Positions 25,001-37,979 of a stretch of 64,000 bases of DNA are shown here, piece by piece. How positions within the stretch are numbered: the stretch's first letter is position 1; every line of letters begins with the position of its first letter. The notes beneath the pieces were generated by a model that did no database searches, had not been told where the DNA came from, and worked only from the letters and a program-made list of their open reading frames with translations. The position numbers and the translations under genes were made by a program. Origin of the DNA: Azolla caroliniana (lineage: Eukaryota > Plantae > Polypodiophyta); the NCBI GenBank assembly GCA_043228905.1, contig JBHGNT010000016.1, positions 7,316,001 to 7,380,000 of the forward strand. Direction: 5' to 3'.

Positions 25001-27381
25001 AGAAGTAGAGGAAGCTGAGACCGGAACCGGTCAAGACCCCGAATCGGATTCGGAAAAAGAGCAAATGGAGGAACCGGTTACCGAAGCCCGAAGACGTAGA
25101 TATCCTCTCAGAGAGAGAAGGGCGCCCCGGAGATTTCCGGATGCAGAGCATGTCCTGCTGACCGATGAGGGGGAGCCAGAAAGCTTCGAAGAAGCGAAGG
25201 AAGACACCCACAGCCGAAAATGGTTAAGTGCCATGCAGGATGAGATGGATTCCCTGCATGAGAACCATACGTACGAATTGGTGGAGCTGCCAAAAGGAAA
25301 GCGGGCACTCCGAAACAAGTGGGTGTTCAAGTTGAAACCGGGAGATGCCGGCAACCCCCCGAGATACAAAGCCAGGATCGTGGTGAAGGGGTTCCAGCAG
25401 AAGAAGGGCGTGGACTTCGACGAAATATTCGCCCCGGTAGTAAAGATGACCTCCATCCGGACGGTGCTGAGTATAGCAGCAAGCATGGATCTCGAGGTAG
25501 AGCAGCTGGACGTGAAGACGGCATTCCTTCACGGCGACCTCAAAGAGGAAATCTACATGCAGCAACCGGAAGGATTTGTGGAGAAAGGGAAGGATCACCT
25601 GGTATGCCGGTTGAAGAAGAGCCTGTACGGACTGAAGCAGGCTCCCCGGCAATGGTACCGGAAGTTCGACTCCTTCATGACCGATCAAGGGTACCATAAG
25701 ACGCAGGCCGATCACTGCGTGTTCGTGAAGAAGTTCGAAGGAGGGGACTTCCTGATACTTCTCCTATACGTGGATGACATGTTGATCGTCGGACGAGACC
25801 AAGGCAAAATACGGATGTTGAAGAAGGCTCTCAACCGGACCTTCTCAATTAAAGACTTGGGTCCGGCAAGACAGATGTTGGGGATGCACATCATTCGGGA
25901 CCAGTCAGTGAAGCAATTATGGCTGTCACAGGAGAAGTATGTGACAAAGGTGCTTCACCGGTTCAACATGTCAGATGCAAAACCGGTCGGATCGACACTT
26001 CCGGCAAACTGCAAGTTGTCCGGCAAGCAAAGCCCGAAGACAAAAGGAGAGAAGGCAGATATGATGAAGATTCCATATGCCTCTACCGTCGGGAGCTTGA
26101 TGTACGCAATGGTTTGTACCCGACCGGACATTGGATACGCAGTCGGAGTGGTGAGCCGGTTCATGAGTAATCCCGGCAAGGAGCATTGGAACGCGGTCAA
26201 ATGGATACTCCGGTATTTGAAGGGCACTTCAAATATGTGTCTCCGATTCGGCTCCGGGAAACCTCAACTGGACGGTTTCACCGATTCGGACATGTCGGCT
26301 GATGTGGATACCAGCCGGTCTACATCCGGGTATGTGATGACATATGCAGGGGGAGCTGTTTCGTGGCAGTCGAGGCTGCAGAAGACGGTTGCATTGTCAA
26401 CCACAGAGGCGGACTACATGGCGGCTGTAGAAGCCGGCAAGGAAATATTATGGATGAAGGACTTCATCGGAGAGCTCGGTATCCGGCAAGAGGAATACCG
26501 ACTCTACTGCGACAGTCAAAGTGCCATCCACCTTGCTAAGAATGCGGCCTACCATTCCCGGACGAAGCATATCCAACGGAGGTATCACTGGATCCGGGAA
26601 AGGGTAGATGACCAGGAGTTCGCACTGACGAAGATCCACACGGCCGAGAACGGGTCAGATATGCTGACCAAAGTGCTGACACCCGACAAGCTGGACACAT
26701 GCCGGAAGAGGATCGGGTTGGAAAGACACCCCATGCCGGAGTGAAGGGGGAGTTTGTTGGGAGACAGGTCCCTCCGGATGGGAAGGGAGAAGAACAGTGC
26801 CGACGAACAAACTCGGCCGAGGCCGACAGGCCGAGGTCGAACCGGTATGAACCGGATGGGGAGTACCCGACTACGGAGAGCCGGATGGTGTAGGCCCGGT
26901 ATGAACCGGAGGAAGAGACATATTCGTAAATATGTTTCTGAGAGCCCATCGAGGCTACATTTGTAAATAGCCGAAAAGTCATATTAGTATAAATATGACT
27001 TAGGGCAAACTTTTAGGTGTGTCGTTTTTGTTGTTGTTATTCTCCCTTGTTGGTGCAAGAAGAAGATAGAGCCTGTATCTATACAGAGAGAGAGTGAGAG
27101 ACGAGGTCGTTGCCTCTGTTGTAACCGCCGCCTGTGGCGAAGATCTGAGAGTACGAGGTAGTTGCCTCCGTGAACTCACTGTTGTATATTCCTACATAGT
27201 GACAGTTTGCAGCCTGTGGGCTGCCGTGTTTTTTTCCCCTATTTTGGGGGGGTTTTCCACGTAAACCTCCTGTGTACCATTTCTCCCCTTTGTGTCGCGT
27301 TTCATTACCTGTTTTTCTGTGTATGAAAAGAATCTCGGTTGTGGCCGAGCGTCGGACATAAGGAACGTCCAGTTCTCGACA
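22026..27381 (+). mobile_element. Full-length Ty1/copia element (Tnt1/Tork-like), 627-bp LTRs, TSD TGCAC
   Basis: LTRs 22026-22652 and 26755-27381 (about 9 differences); PBS tggtatcagagc; PPT gaagggggag; TSD at 22021-22025 and 27382-27386. Confidence 0.95.
22683..26744 (+). pseudogene. Copia gag-pol polyprotein (Gag, CCHC, PR, INT, RT, RH) with one in-frame TAA at 23550-23552
   Basis: CFYCGKPGHFQKNC, WVVDSGASFH, LWHKRLCH, YVDDML and SDMLTK are present. The first integrase catalytic Asp reads HTNVC instead of HTDVC. Confidence 0.9.
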
Positions 27382-27816
27382 TGCACATATATACTAGGAA
27401 ATGGTGTGTAGAAATAAGAGGGGAAATTTTATCCCACATTGTAAGGTCCCTCCCTCCTTGGGCTATAAAAGGAAGGGAGGGGTCACTTATGAAGGGGTTG
27501 CCTATTTTGTGTATGAGAGGTATACCACTTAGTCTAGAGTTCTTACCTCTTTAGGGTTAGGGTTTCGGTTAGGGTTTTCTCATAGTTTTGGTGCGGTTCA
27601 TGCGGCCACCATTGTTGTAATCATTCGTTCGTTTTAACATAACTTGTTGAGTTTCTTGCCTCCGCCGATCTCTCCTTCTATGTCATGGTCTTATTCTTTT
27701 TTCTTCTCCTCTTGAGCTAAGCCTCCATATCATGTCTTATTCTGTCTCCTCTACTCCCTAGTCTGAGACCCCCATGGTCCCACCCCTTCTACACGAACGC
27801 GCGTAACAACGCGACA

Positions 27817-28830
27817 TCGGATACTGGGGTCCATTGGCTCAATGGAATGGTGTGCGATTACTCCTAGGGCAATAGGGCAATGGCAAAGGAGATGACCTGA
27901 GGCTCCACAATATAGGCACAATCCATTAGCCTGCGAAAATTGTCGTTCGGGATGAGTCAATGGCTGAAAGCGAGCTTGATCAATTTCCATTGGGACTGGA
28001 GCTTTTGCCAAAGTAGGGGAGCATGACGTCACCGGTGTGAGTGATACCTAGGGTTGTACGACTGGGGCGTGTCGTGGAACTGAATGAGTCGAACCCCAAG
28101 TTCGGCACTCTTCCTAGCGAAATTCAGAAAGGCGATTGTCACAATGGACTGCTTGTGAAATCGCTTGGGATAACGAGGTGGGCTCAGGAAAGTTAAAGAG
28201 AAGATTCTTGACATTGCTCCGAAGGCCCCGCCGAAAGTGGTTAGTTAAAGCTTGATCATCCTAGTTGATATCACATGCTAGTTGTCGGAATTCCGAAGTA
28301 TAGACAAAAGTTGCACATGAACCTTGTTCGAGTCCATAAAGCTTGGTGAGTGTTGTACGTCGTTGGTCCGTCTCTCCAAATGTGGCCTCTAACTCGGTGA
28401 GGAAGGTAGGAAAGTCCTCCAATAGAGGTGATGAAGTTTCCACTAAAGGTGCAAACCAAGCTTGGGCTGGACCAGAGAGGAGGGTGCCCACAAGTCCAAC
28501 TTGTCGAAGACCGTTTGGATAACGTTGAGGTTGTAGCCAAATGATTAGGAGAATTTGGCTAATGAACCCCTGGAAATGTGACCTCGTTCCATCAAATTTT
28601 TCTGGGAGGCTAATCTTAGGCTCAAGAAAATGAGAAGAAGCTAGATCAGATATTGGTAGAAGATTAGGCTACGGGCTAGGTTGTGGTGGGACATTAGGCT
28701 CTATGGTTTGTGAGGATAGGGAGGCACCGACTTGATGTTCTCGTAACGAATTTCGAAGGGCTTCATTTTCAAGTTGGAGTTGTTGTAAGGCTATCATTAT
28801 CTGGCTTAAGTCACAGGCTGGGTCGGACAT
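27817..28830 (-). pseudogene. Tcn1-like gag, decayed
   Basis: ATG at 28830 (MSDPA..); GTLLSGPAQAWF..EFRQLA capsid segment; PVPMEID and CCHC knuckle. Confidence 0.85.
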
Positions 28831-28880
28831 GGCTACGAGTAATGAGAAAGAGAGCTACGAGGATGGGAAGGTGAACAAAC

Positions 28881-29261
28881 TGTCATGAGTAGAAGATATA
28901 CACAAGAGAGTAGAAGATAATCAAAGGGATGAGTTGATTAATTAAAAAACTTTGTAACTGGTGTTGTTCACCTTGATTGTAATCTAGGTGAACACACAGA
29001 TTTATACGAGTTTTGAGATTGAATATCTCTAGAATATACCTAAGAAATATCTCTAGAATATACCTGAGAAATATCTCTAGAATATACTCGTGTAGAATAT
29101 ACCATAGAACATTTCTAGAATATACTAAACACTAGAATATTCTATATGCTAGACTATACAATATTAACCATATACTTTACATATAACTTAAGGGTTTCCA
29201 AATGGTTTATCTAATACTAAGTATTGGGTGTGTTATAGGTCAGAAGTTTGAGTCTATGACA
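28881..29261 (-). repeat. 5' LTR of the Tcn1-like element
   Basis: TGTCA/TGACA termini; TATAAAT at 29006-29000; short tandem gaaatatctctagaatatac units at ~29020-29125. Confidence 0.75.
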
Positions 29262-29270
29262 ATATAGAGC

Positions 29271-32200
29271 TTTTCGTTTTTATTTTTTCCAAAATGAAGC
29301 TACTTTCCCATTAGTTAGGAAGGATTATTCCAATGAGACTATACAAGGACCCCTTCGAACTGACTACTTAATGTAAGTAGATACCTATAGCTAAAAACAG
29401 TACCTTTAGTGTCCACCAATACGAGTCGACTCCTAGGGCCTACAACAAAGGGAGGGTGGAAGGTAGGAAACAACCAACATGGGGGCTAGTAGTTCCACCT
29501 CAGACCACTTCCTCCTTGCGTCACCATAGGCGTGTTCTGCCATTTCTGCCAAAAACGCAAACTGATAGGGACCACGTCGTTGGAGTGGTTGCAAACCTCG
29601 TCCAATTGCCCTCGTAGGCAGATGATAAGTATGAACCATATATCCATGATCACTTCCTCCAGGGGTCGTACTAGATCATGGAAGACCTTTAGGCAACGTG
29701 CTTTCCATACATACCACGGGGTGAAGCTTGCGATCAACATCCAATTTTTCGGGAACCTAGGGGATGCGGACTACAAGCCTCTCTCAAAACGAATCTTGAT
29801 GATTTTGCCTTTCGTGCATACATAGCACCAACTATCTGCATTGAAGGTGTCCATCCACCTATCAACCGAGTGATCAATCCATGCCGCATCACTCCACTAT
29901 GTGGTTCCTTCCACTTCACATGCCGCAAGGAGGCGAGTCACTCTATCCCAATGTACCTTTTGAGCTTGAGGGCAATCCCGTAGGCAGTGTCTCAAAGTCT
30001 AAATAGGAGAAGTGCAAAGTGGGCAACCTATCGGGCCACCACGTTTACCTAGCCATTCACCAACAGGAACCACATTATGATTGATTTGCCACCAAAAGAG
30101 CTTGATCTTTTCAGGCATGTGGAGATGCCAGAGACCCTTCCAAAAGGTAATGAGCACCTCCTCAGGGATGCTCAATGTTCGCCAACCATTGCCTAGGGGA
30201 CTGTCTCGCTGCAGTTGTAAAGTCCGACCCAATTTAGTGTTGTATTCGAAGAAGTGGCGGAGTCTGCCATCATGTTTCCACCTAAAATCCCTTGGGTCCC
30301 ATTGTAGTTCGACAAGGGGACGACAACAGTATACCCATAACTTCCAATGGGGTTCCATCTTAGCAACATCTGGGTCTATCTTCCAAATGTTATCAACCTA
30401 CACCACCACTTGAATTGGATGCCAAGTGCCCCTGCTCTGACTCTACCCAAAAAATGTATCTCTTCCCGATCCGCCCATGGCCTTCAACAACTTAACCATT
30501 CCAGCCTCAACAAAGAAACTGAACCATGTATCTTCTCTCACCTCCCCCATTTGAACCCTGTCAACTGCCTCAACTATCAATCTCCGCATTTTCATAGCTC
30601 CCTTGAGGGGGAGGGAATGAGTCCTCTTGGCCTCCTCCTGGAGCAACCATGTGTCTCCAATCGTCTATAGAGTGGATCCTTGTCTGCTCCAGCTTTCCCC
30701 ATGCTAGACCCTTAAGTTGCCCTAACATCATGTCATCACTTGTTCACACCTGAAGGTTGTCTAGTCCACTTAATTAGTGTCTTCGAGGGTGTGCTTGACG
30801 AAATGTTGTCGCATGTCACACCATGCCCGCAAGATGGAGTTCGTTACCCTGTCCTCCGGTTAACAAGCCATCTTGGGTGGAACTCTACTCCTGCAACACT
30901 AGTTCAAGGAGTCAGGCCAAGGCTTACCATACTTGGGAGTCCCTGCTTGCAACTTGTTGCAAAGTGGTACCTTCCAACACGCCTTACCTGGCAGGAGGCA
31001 TCGAACCACCATTTTGGCTAGCAATGCTCGGCTCTACGTTAAGGGGTCTATGAGTCCAAGACCCCCTTTGGCCCGTGGTTGTGTTAACCAATGCCATGAC
31101 ACTCTAGCAGCATCCATTGGGTTTTCCTTACCTGACCATATAAACCCCCTAATGGTAGCCTTAATCTCATGCAGACCTGCAGGTTCCATAATCCAACATG
31201 AGACCGAGTGCCACATGGTGGCAAGCATCACTTGGTTCGCAATAATAACCCTACCAGCGAAGGATAATTTAGATCTACTCCATTGGTTCAACTTCCTGCT
31301 TATTTTGGCTTCCACATGGGACAATTGTGCTCCCTTGGGGATTTCCCTCGCCATCATAAATCCTAGGTACTTGAATGTCCTCCCATCAGGGACCCATGTA
31401 AAATTGGCATGGGGTTGCCACCTTAGTTTCTCTTGCTCGTTGAACCAGAGGCCTTGGGTTTATTCCAATTGACCTTGGCACTAGTGGCCTAACAAAAGTC
31501 CTCGACAAGATGTTCAGCCTGCTGCAAATTATCCTCATCACCATGCAAGAAAAGGATTGTATCATCGGCATATTCAGATAACAGAAGATCTTTAGTTGCA
31601 TTGGGGATGGGCAATCCTCTCAATCCGTTGCTTGGTGCTTATAAGTAGGCAGAGAAAGCCTCGGTTACAAATAGATAGAGATATGGGGCTAGGGGACAAC
31701 CTTGCCTCACTCAACGATACACCTGCTCCTGATAAACCATGTTTGATTCTCATGTAAGATGTCCGGTAAGAAGGTTGCTCACCGCCGAGTGAGAACTTTT
31801 GCGAGTATCTTGTATATCGTGTTAAAGATCGTGATTGGACACCACTAGTGCAACTCTAGGGTTCGCTCTTGTGTTTTGGGAAGATCTTTAGTTGTATTGG
31901 GGATGGGCAATCCTCTCAATCCGATATTTGGTGCCTATAAGTAGGCAGAGAAAGCCTCGGTTACAAATAGATAGAGATATGGGGCTAGGGGACAACCTTG
32001 CCTCACTCAACGATACACCTGCTCCTGATAAACCATGTTTGATTCTCATGTAAGATGTTCGGTAAGAAGGTTGCTCACCGTCGAGTGAGAACTTTTGCGA
32101 GTATCTTGTATATCGTGTTAAAGATCGTGATTGGACACCACTAGTGCAACTCTAGGGTTCGCTCTGGTGTTTTGGGGATGAGATAGATCATTCCCTTGAC

Positions 32201-35090
32201 CAAACCGGTCGGCATTGTTCCTGAGGTCCAGATCTCCTGAACCCCAGCTTCCAATGATGGTATAACACTTGCCAAATGAATCTCAAAACAATCTCGTGAG
32301 AGACCATCGGGCATGGGGCATGCTCCTCTCCGCAAATCCCTGAGCGGCTCCGAGAGTTCTAATCGAGAAATGGGGCTATCAAGCACAACTTCCATCTCTT
32401 GGGTTACCTTGAGGTGAATGCAACTCATCACCCTATCAGCCAACTCCATCTTTTGCCACATATGCATAGGTGCGAGTAGTTCTCGATAGTATTGTGTTGC
32501 CATATGCAGAATCTCATCCTTGTCCTCCATTATTGAGTCGCCTGGTTTGCGCAACCCTTGTATACGTCTACCACCACCCTTGGTTGCCCTGTACTGAAAC
32601 AAATCTCGGTTGACCTTCTCATCTATTCTAGCCCACCATATTGTGGTCCTTTTAAATAGCATTCGGTTTGACACCTTCACCTTGGCTTCCTCTAGCTTTG
32701 TTGTAGACCAAGTGCAACCAGGGTCCGCCTATAGCAACCATTGCGCTACCGCAACAGACTTCCTTAATTTTTTTTCAATTGCTCTTAACCTACTAGAGAG
32801 CCCACTTGGTTTCCTATTGTAAAAAGGAGGACAGTGCCACTTTTTTCTGCAAATCCTCAATGGTCGATTCACTTACAATGGTCTCCCACCAGATACTCTT
32901 GAGCCCTGCTTTCACCTCTGCACTCTGCATTATCTTTGTGGGGATTTTCACATTGAGACTCCCCTTGCTGCCACTAGGTGGGTTAAGGTCTACTCTCTTC
33001 GATTGGTGATCAACGAAGGTAAGACCTGCCAAGATAGCAAAGGAACCCCCTACCTCTTCAAGAGACAAGCTGAAGTATATGCGATCTAGCCGTGCAAGGC
33101 TACCACCCCTAGCATTCACAGCGGCTTTGGAGAAGTGTAGAAAATGTGAGCATCTCTTAAGGGAAGAGCCCCATGTATCCTTCACCCCGATTTTCCCAAT
33201 TAGGAAAGCCCATGAATCTAGCTCTACACAATGAATTGGTCTCTGGGTCCCCCCTTTCCTGTCTTCCATTACCCAGGCCTCTGCATCAGGTAATGTTCTA
33301 ACATTCTCTAGAAGATGGCTCTCTCGGGGGATGTGTTAGGGGCATAAATTTTTAGCACCCCAATCTGTAGGCGATTCCATTTGAGAAGCGCATATAAGCT
33401 CTACCCACGACTAGCGTGCCATGTGATGTTACTTCATATCGGGCCTTATCGTTAATAGAGAAGCAAATCCCTCCTCTTTGGTGGAGGTCACCCTGTGCCC
33501 GATCACCACGTGGTCTACCCACTCGACATGGGTTTACTAGGCTCTAAGCTCTCTCTTGAGAGAAGTGGTGTTCCTGCAAAAGCAATATGTCAATGTTGCC
33601 CCCAATATTAAGGGGATTCAACTCCACCTGAAGTCTTCTGCACTCTTGGTGTTGCCAGCCTCCACCAAGGCCCTGTACATTCCACGTTAGGATCCTCAAC
33701 CGAAAACGGTGAGGTTGAGGCCCATGTCCGGGCTGATCCCCGTGTCATGGGGCAAACTAACAACTGCTTTGGGGGGTATGGGCTCCACAGAGGACTGAAG
33801 AGCCCCTAAGGGATTCTCGGCCAGTCGTTCCCGACCCACTTCAAATAGTTCCCGCGATACATCTTGGCTCCTAAGCGGTTCACAACCTGCATCAATTTAT
33901 CCCAAAGAGTCCTCACCAAACCAGGTGATGGTTTGGCTATATTGGCCTTTCATTTGTCCTTGATCTTGCCCGTTCGGATCCACGATTTCACTAATCTGAG
34001 GTCACCACCACATTCGCATTCCATCATGAGGGGGGCCTTTATCAACATCTCCTCCAGGGTGGACAGTACAAGTTGTGGTTGCATCTCCATTGGGATGGAC
34101 AACATGAGCTCAGGATCTCATGGGGGAAGGGACAAGGAGTCACATGGGGACAACTTTGCTTCCAACACTTCTGGGTTGCCATCCCCTAGCTCTTGGAGCA
34201 ATGTAAATCTGTTGGTAGCTCTCACCTATAGGATGTGTGCCTCCGCACTCCCTGAGAGAATCTTCACCCGTTTCAAGGGTTGCTCATCCATGATTGTTGG
34301 TGACAAGGTAGTGGGACTTATTTCTAAGGGAAGGCCTTGAGAGGGCGGGAAGCCGTACCTAGGCTTCCAAGTTTCCCCTTCTTCTTAACGGGTTGCCAAG
34401 CAGCCTCGTCACCCTTGGTTGACACGGCCTGCGTTCCCCGAGGCTGGAGGTCCCGAGCTTCCCTTTCCAATCTTACAAGGACACTCCTTAGCTAGGTGTC
34501 CTTTCTGTTTGAAGATGAAACACTGCCCATGGAGTCCCTCATAAACCACTTTCACCACTGTGAGACCTAGCTCCTCAGAGTAGAGCCTAATTCTTGTTGG
34601 TAGTCCATGGAGGGAACGCACTAAGATGCGCAACTTGGGCACCTCCGTGGTTGTAGCTGCCATGGACAATTTTTTAGGGCAAATCATCCCTATCTATTCG
34701 CCAAAAAAGGGAGCAGATGGCACAAGTGGGGAGGGAGGCCAAGAAATGTTGCGGTGATCACCCTAGGGTTGTTATGTTTCTGTAACTCTTCAATTGGATT
34801 GAACCCTGGTGACCACGGGTGGAGCAACACCTTGTTGTACTTCAATTCAAGTACCTTGAGCTCTACCAATGGTTGTGCCATCATGCCTTCACCCAATTCA
34901 AGGTGGAAGAAAATTTTCCCTAAACCCCTGACGCTCTTGATCGAAGGCATGTTCTCCATCACAACCATTTGGAGCATGTCCCGAACCATGCCACGATTTG
35001 GTCTACCTGCAAGAAACCTACATACAAAAGAAGTACGATGTAGGCGTTAAATGTTCAAGCCCTGCTCTTGAGTCGTGATTGTGATACCAT
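29271..35090 (-). mobile_element. Decayed L1-clade LINE (ORF1 with zinc knuckle; ORF2 with APE, RT and zf-RVT)
   Basis: GQCFIFKQKGHLAKECP (ORF1); ARLDRIY (endonuclease); RQGCPLAPYLYL (RT); LSFAGRVIIANQVM..PRAKGGLGLID; KIKLFWW..CPLC. A-rich tail at ~29271-29288. Boundaries approximate. Confidence 0.85.
31584..32176. repeat. Tandem duplication, period 296 bp, in the LINE RT region
   Basis: gaagatctttagttg..ggggatgggcaatcc at 31584 and 31880, with a few mismatches. Confidence 0.85.
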
Positions 35091-37922
35091 CAATTTGGTA
35101 CAACCCTTATAAATGTTCACATTCATGATGTTCACTCCCAATTGCATCATTCATTCATAAATTCTTGAAAATTGTCCATTGGTACTCAACTCCAATAGTC
35201 ACTCACATTTTTCCTTCAAAGAAAATATCATAAATACATTAAGGAAACCAACACGAATGCATCCTATACCATAAACATGACACAAAGTAAGTTTAGGTGG
35301 GACAGAAGAGTCGCACCTTTTAGTCATGTTCTCTCGTGCTAAGCTACAAGTAGTGGTCCAAAACAATAACTTATATATTCATCCTATAGGCAATCTCCAT
35401 ATGTGTAGTAGTCTAATGATATTTGGCCATAAGTCTTGTATAGTAGACAACAAGCAATAATGTAAAGGTGTTATGGGTTGTAGAGTTAATCACAAATGCT
35501 GGTAATGGTGTTCCTAACTTGCAAGGGCACTAGTTGTAAAACCAGCAACTACTTCATGTCTTGAAATGAGGGTGCCTAATTTTTGTTTATAGTAAGAGGT
35601 TCCTAACAATATTACTTCAAGTAAGAGGTGAAGCTCATAATTCCATTAACATTTATTAATAAATAATAAAAATAGAGGATTTCGGTACTTCAACTTAAAA
35701 TGAAAGAAGATGCAATAGCTCAATATATGAACTACTGTAATCTAGTGTGGTTTTTACATCTAGAAAACTTTCTATTCTTTAGAAACATTGTACATGTAGG
35801 GTGGCATGTATTTTTTGAAATTGAATGACCTTGATGCACAATTGAGATAACCCTTGTAGGTACATTGCAACAAGACATTGTGTTGTCACCTCCATTATAA
35901 ATATTCCAATGGAAGCCAATATCTCAAAATAAATAGATGTCCATGGATCTACTATGTCCAAAAACATGACATGCTAAGCTTTTTTGTAGAGTTTAGAATA
36001 ATAATGACTCATAAAGCTTCGTCAAGCTTAGAACATTTTGTTGTGTTGACAAGGGTATAAGTTTCAATTTGTTAGAATTTTAAAACATTGGGTAAAAATG
36101 ATTTGGTAAATAAGATGGATGACATCTAGTACATAAATCCAAGAATCTTGTTAAATATAGCAAAATGTTTGCATCCTTGAAAGTAAATATATATATTCTT
36201 AAATGATTAAAATGTTTGCCATGTTTCAACCAAAGGATCTTGTCAAAGTGAAATCCAAGAAATCTAGTCATGGTTATCCCAAGAATTATTTCTAAATGTA
36301 TTTTTTAAGTCACGTGTATTTCACTGTAGAATTAAATCATCGATCTCTTTTCTCTTCGTACGAAAAGTGAAACAATTATGGTGCCTAGTACTTCAGAAAT
36401 AAAAAACATCCATCAATCTTCACATGTGCTTTGCATGTACTAGGAGAACCAAAATAGTAATAACCAATAAACAAATTTGAGTTTATAATGGCTTTAGACA
36501 TTTTCACCAAGGAGTGCAAGAATAAATAGCTTATCAATAATGGCGACTAAGTGTTGTTTGTGCGGTACCACCTAGAAAAGGGGTTTTTGCAAGGTACTTA
36601 TTAACCTTCTAGTACTAGAGAAATTACGTGTCTTTGGGTCACCCATGTGTCCCTAACACATACTCTTGCTTATTGACTCTGTAAAAATCAATAAGAACAC
36701 AAAAATGGTAGAAATAGGAACAATAAGAAGTAATCACATCACTTTACAAATGAAAGACATGGCTCTCAAATTCTTTTGAGGAGGTTAGAAGGTTGGCATG
36801 TTGATGATTTTATGACAACTTTGTCACCTTGTATAGTATTATTATTCACTTGTGGTAATAGGACCATCATTTCTATTTGAGACTACATTAAGATACTTCA
36901 CGTGTTTTGCACCAACTCCCAGTGGGACTCAAATATGTATTTTGCTTGACTATATCATGGACAATTTGGAATGGCCTTTTATGACAATAGTGAAATTGTT
37001 TACATATGATTTTGGTGTATGTTTCTTATCATCACTTTTCGGTGCTCTACTTTTTGGCATTTGTTTCATAGCAAATGCACTTTATTTGCCAAGACATTTA
37101 ATACATTATTTATATGTTCAATGTCGAGAAGGAGAACACATTATATCACCATCACATGTTATTTTGAGCAAGACATGTTAAGGTAAAATAAGACAAAGAA
37201 GTTTTCATATAAAAAGTAAACTAAAAGATAGAAAAACAACATGTGGTTACATAGGTTAGAAATAGAAATAGGAGGAAATTTGTATGCTTTTGCTCATGCG
37301 GTGAAATCCAACGTGAATCTTGGCTTCCCCAAAAGGAAGAGAAGTGGACGTACAATATAAGGTTTGATTTGAAGAAGGGGCAAAGCCCTTATAGCCTTAT
37401 GGTGACCCTCTCAAGATGAGGGAACATAAGGTTGTCTTATAATATGATCTTTATTGATATGAGTGAGAACCCTTTTGTGTCAAAATAGTGGCTCGATTTA
37501 TATGAATATGGAGGGACACAAGGGCTCCTCCGATATAGTGTGCTTGATATGAAATATGACGGTTTATAAGGGTCCCTTGCAAAGGACCCTTAATTGTCAC
37601 ACATACATTATCACCAAATACAAGATCTTTGAAAGGGCTTCAATGTCATTTATTGTGTTATTGTATCCCTCTCGTGATATTATCCCACATGCACTCCCAA
37701 GGTATAAGAGCACTTCATGGCGACACGAAAGATGTTATTTGTAAGACACGTATGTACAACACAAGAAATTAAAGTGGTAAAGTGCTGAGATTGAATAATA
37801 TATTTATTGTCTATGTCCTCATTTCTACATCTCTTTCAATCTCTCTTGTTAGTGAGGCCTATGTCTTTTCCTTTTATTTTATTATTTGTGCCTTCCTTCA
37901 TTAATGATGAGCCAATTGTTTG

Positions 37923-37924
<2 letters not shown>

Positions 37925-37978
<54 letters not shown>

Positions 37979-37979
37979 A
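37925..37979. repeat. Compound (CT)n(CA)n microsatellite
   Basis: Read directly from the sequence. Confidence 0.9.

Larger units (their letters stand above)
18255..27816 (+). mobile_element. Non-autonomous gag-only LTR element (503-bp LTRs, tRNA-Trp PBS); its 3' LTR is split by a copia element
   Basis: 5' LTR 18255-18757 (TGTCG..CGACA); 3' LTR 21953-22025 plus 27387-27816; PPT ggtgggggtgaa. 4-bp TSD CCGG/TCGG, whose removal restores the host gag end PQYPENDIVRLQ*. No PR, RT, RH or INT motifs in the 3.2-kb interior. Confidence 0.85.
14307..29261 (-). mobile_element. Decayed Ty3/gypsy chromovirus, Tcn1/Tf1-sushi-like, with three nested insertions; 3' end lost in the gap
   Basis: Order on the minus strand: LTR 29261-28881 (TGTCA..TGACA); gag from 28830 (PKISLPEKFDG, CLYCGASGHLLCHC); protease (ALLDFG, IILGLSWL); RT (KTAFRTRYGHFEY, YLDDILI); RNase H (ETDAS, YDKELAAI); integrase ([21 protein letters not shown]). 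Confidence 0.88.
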
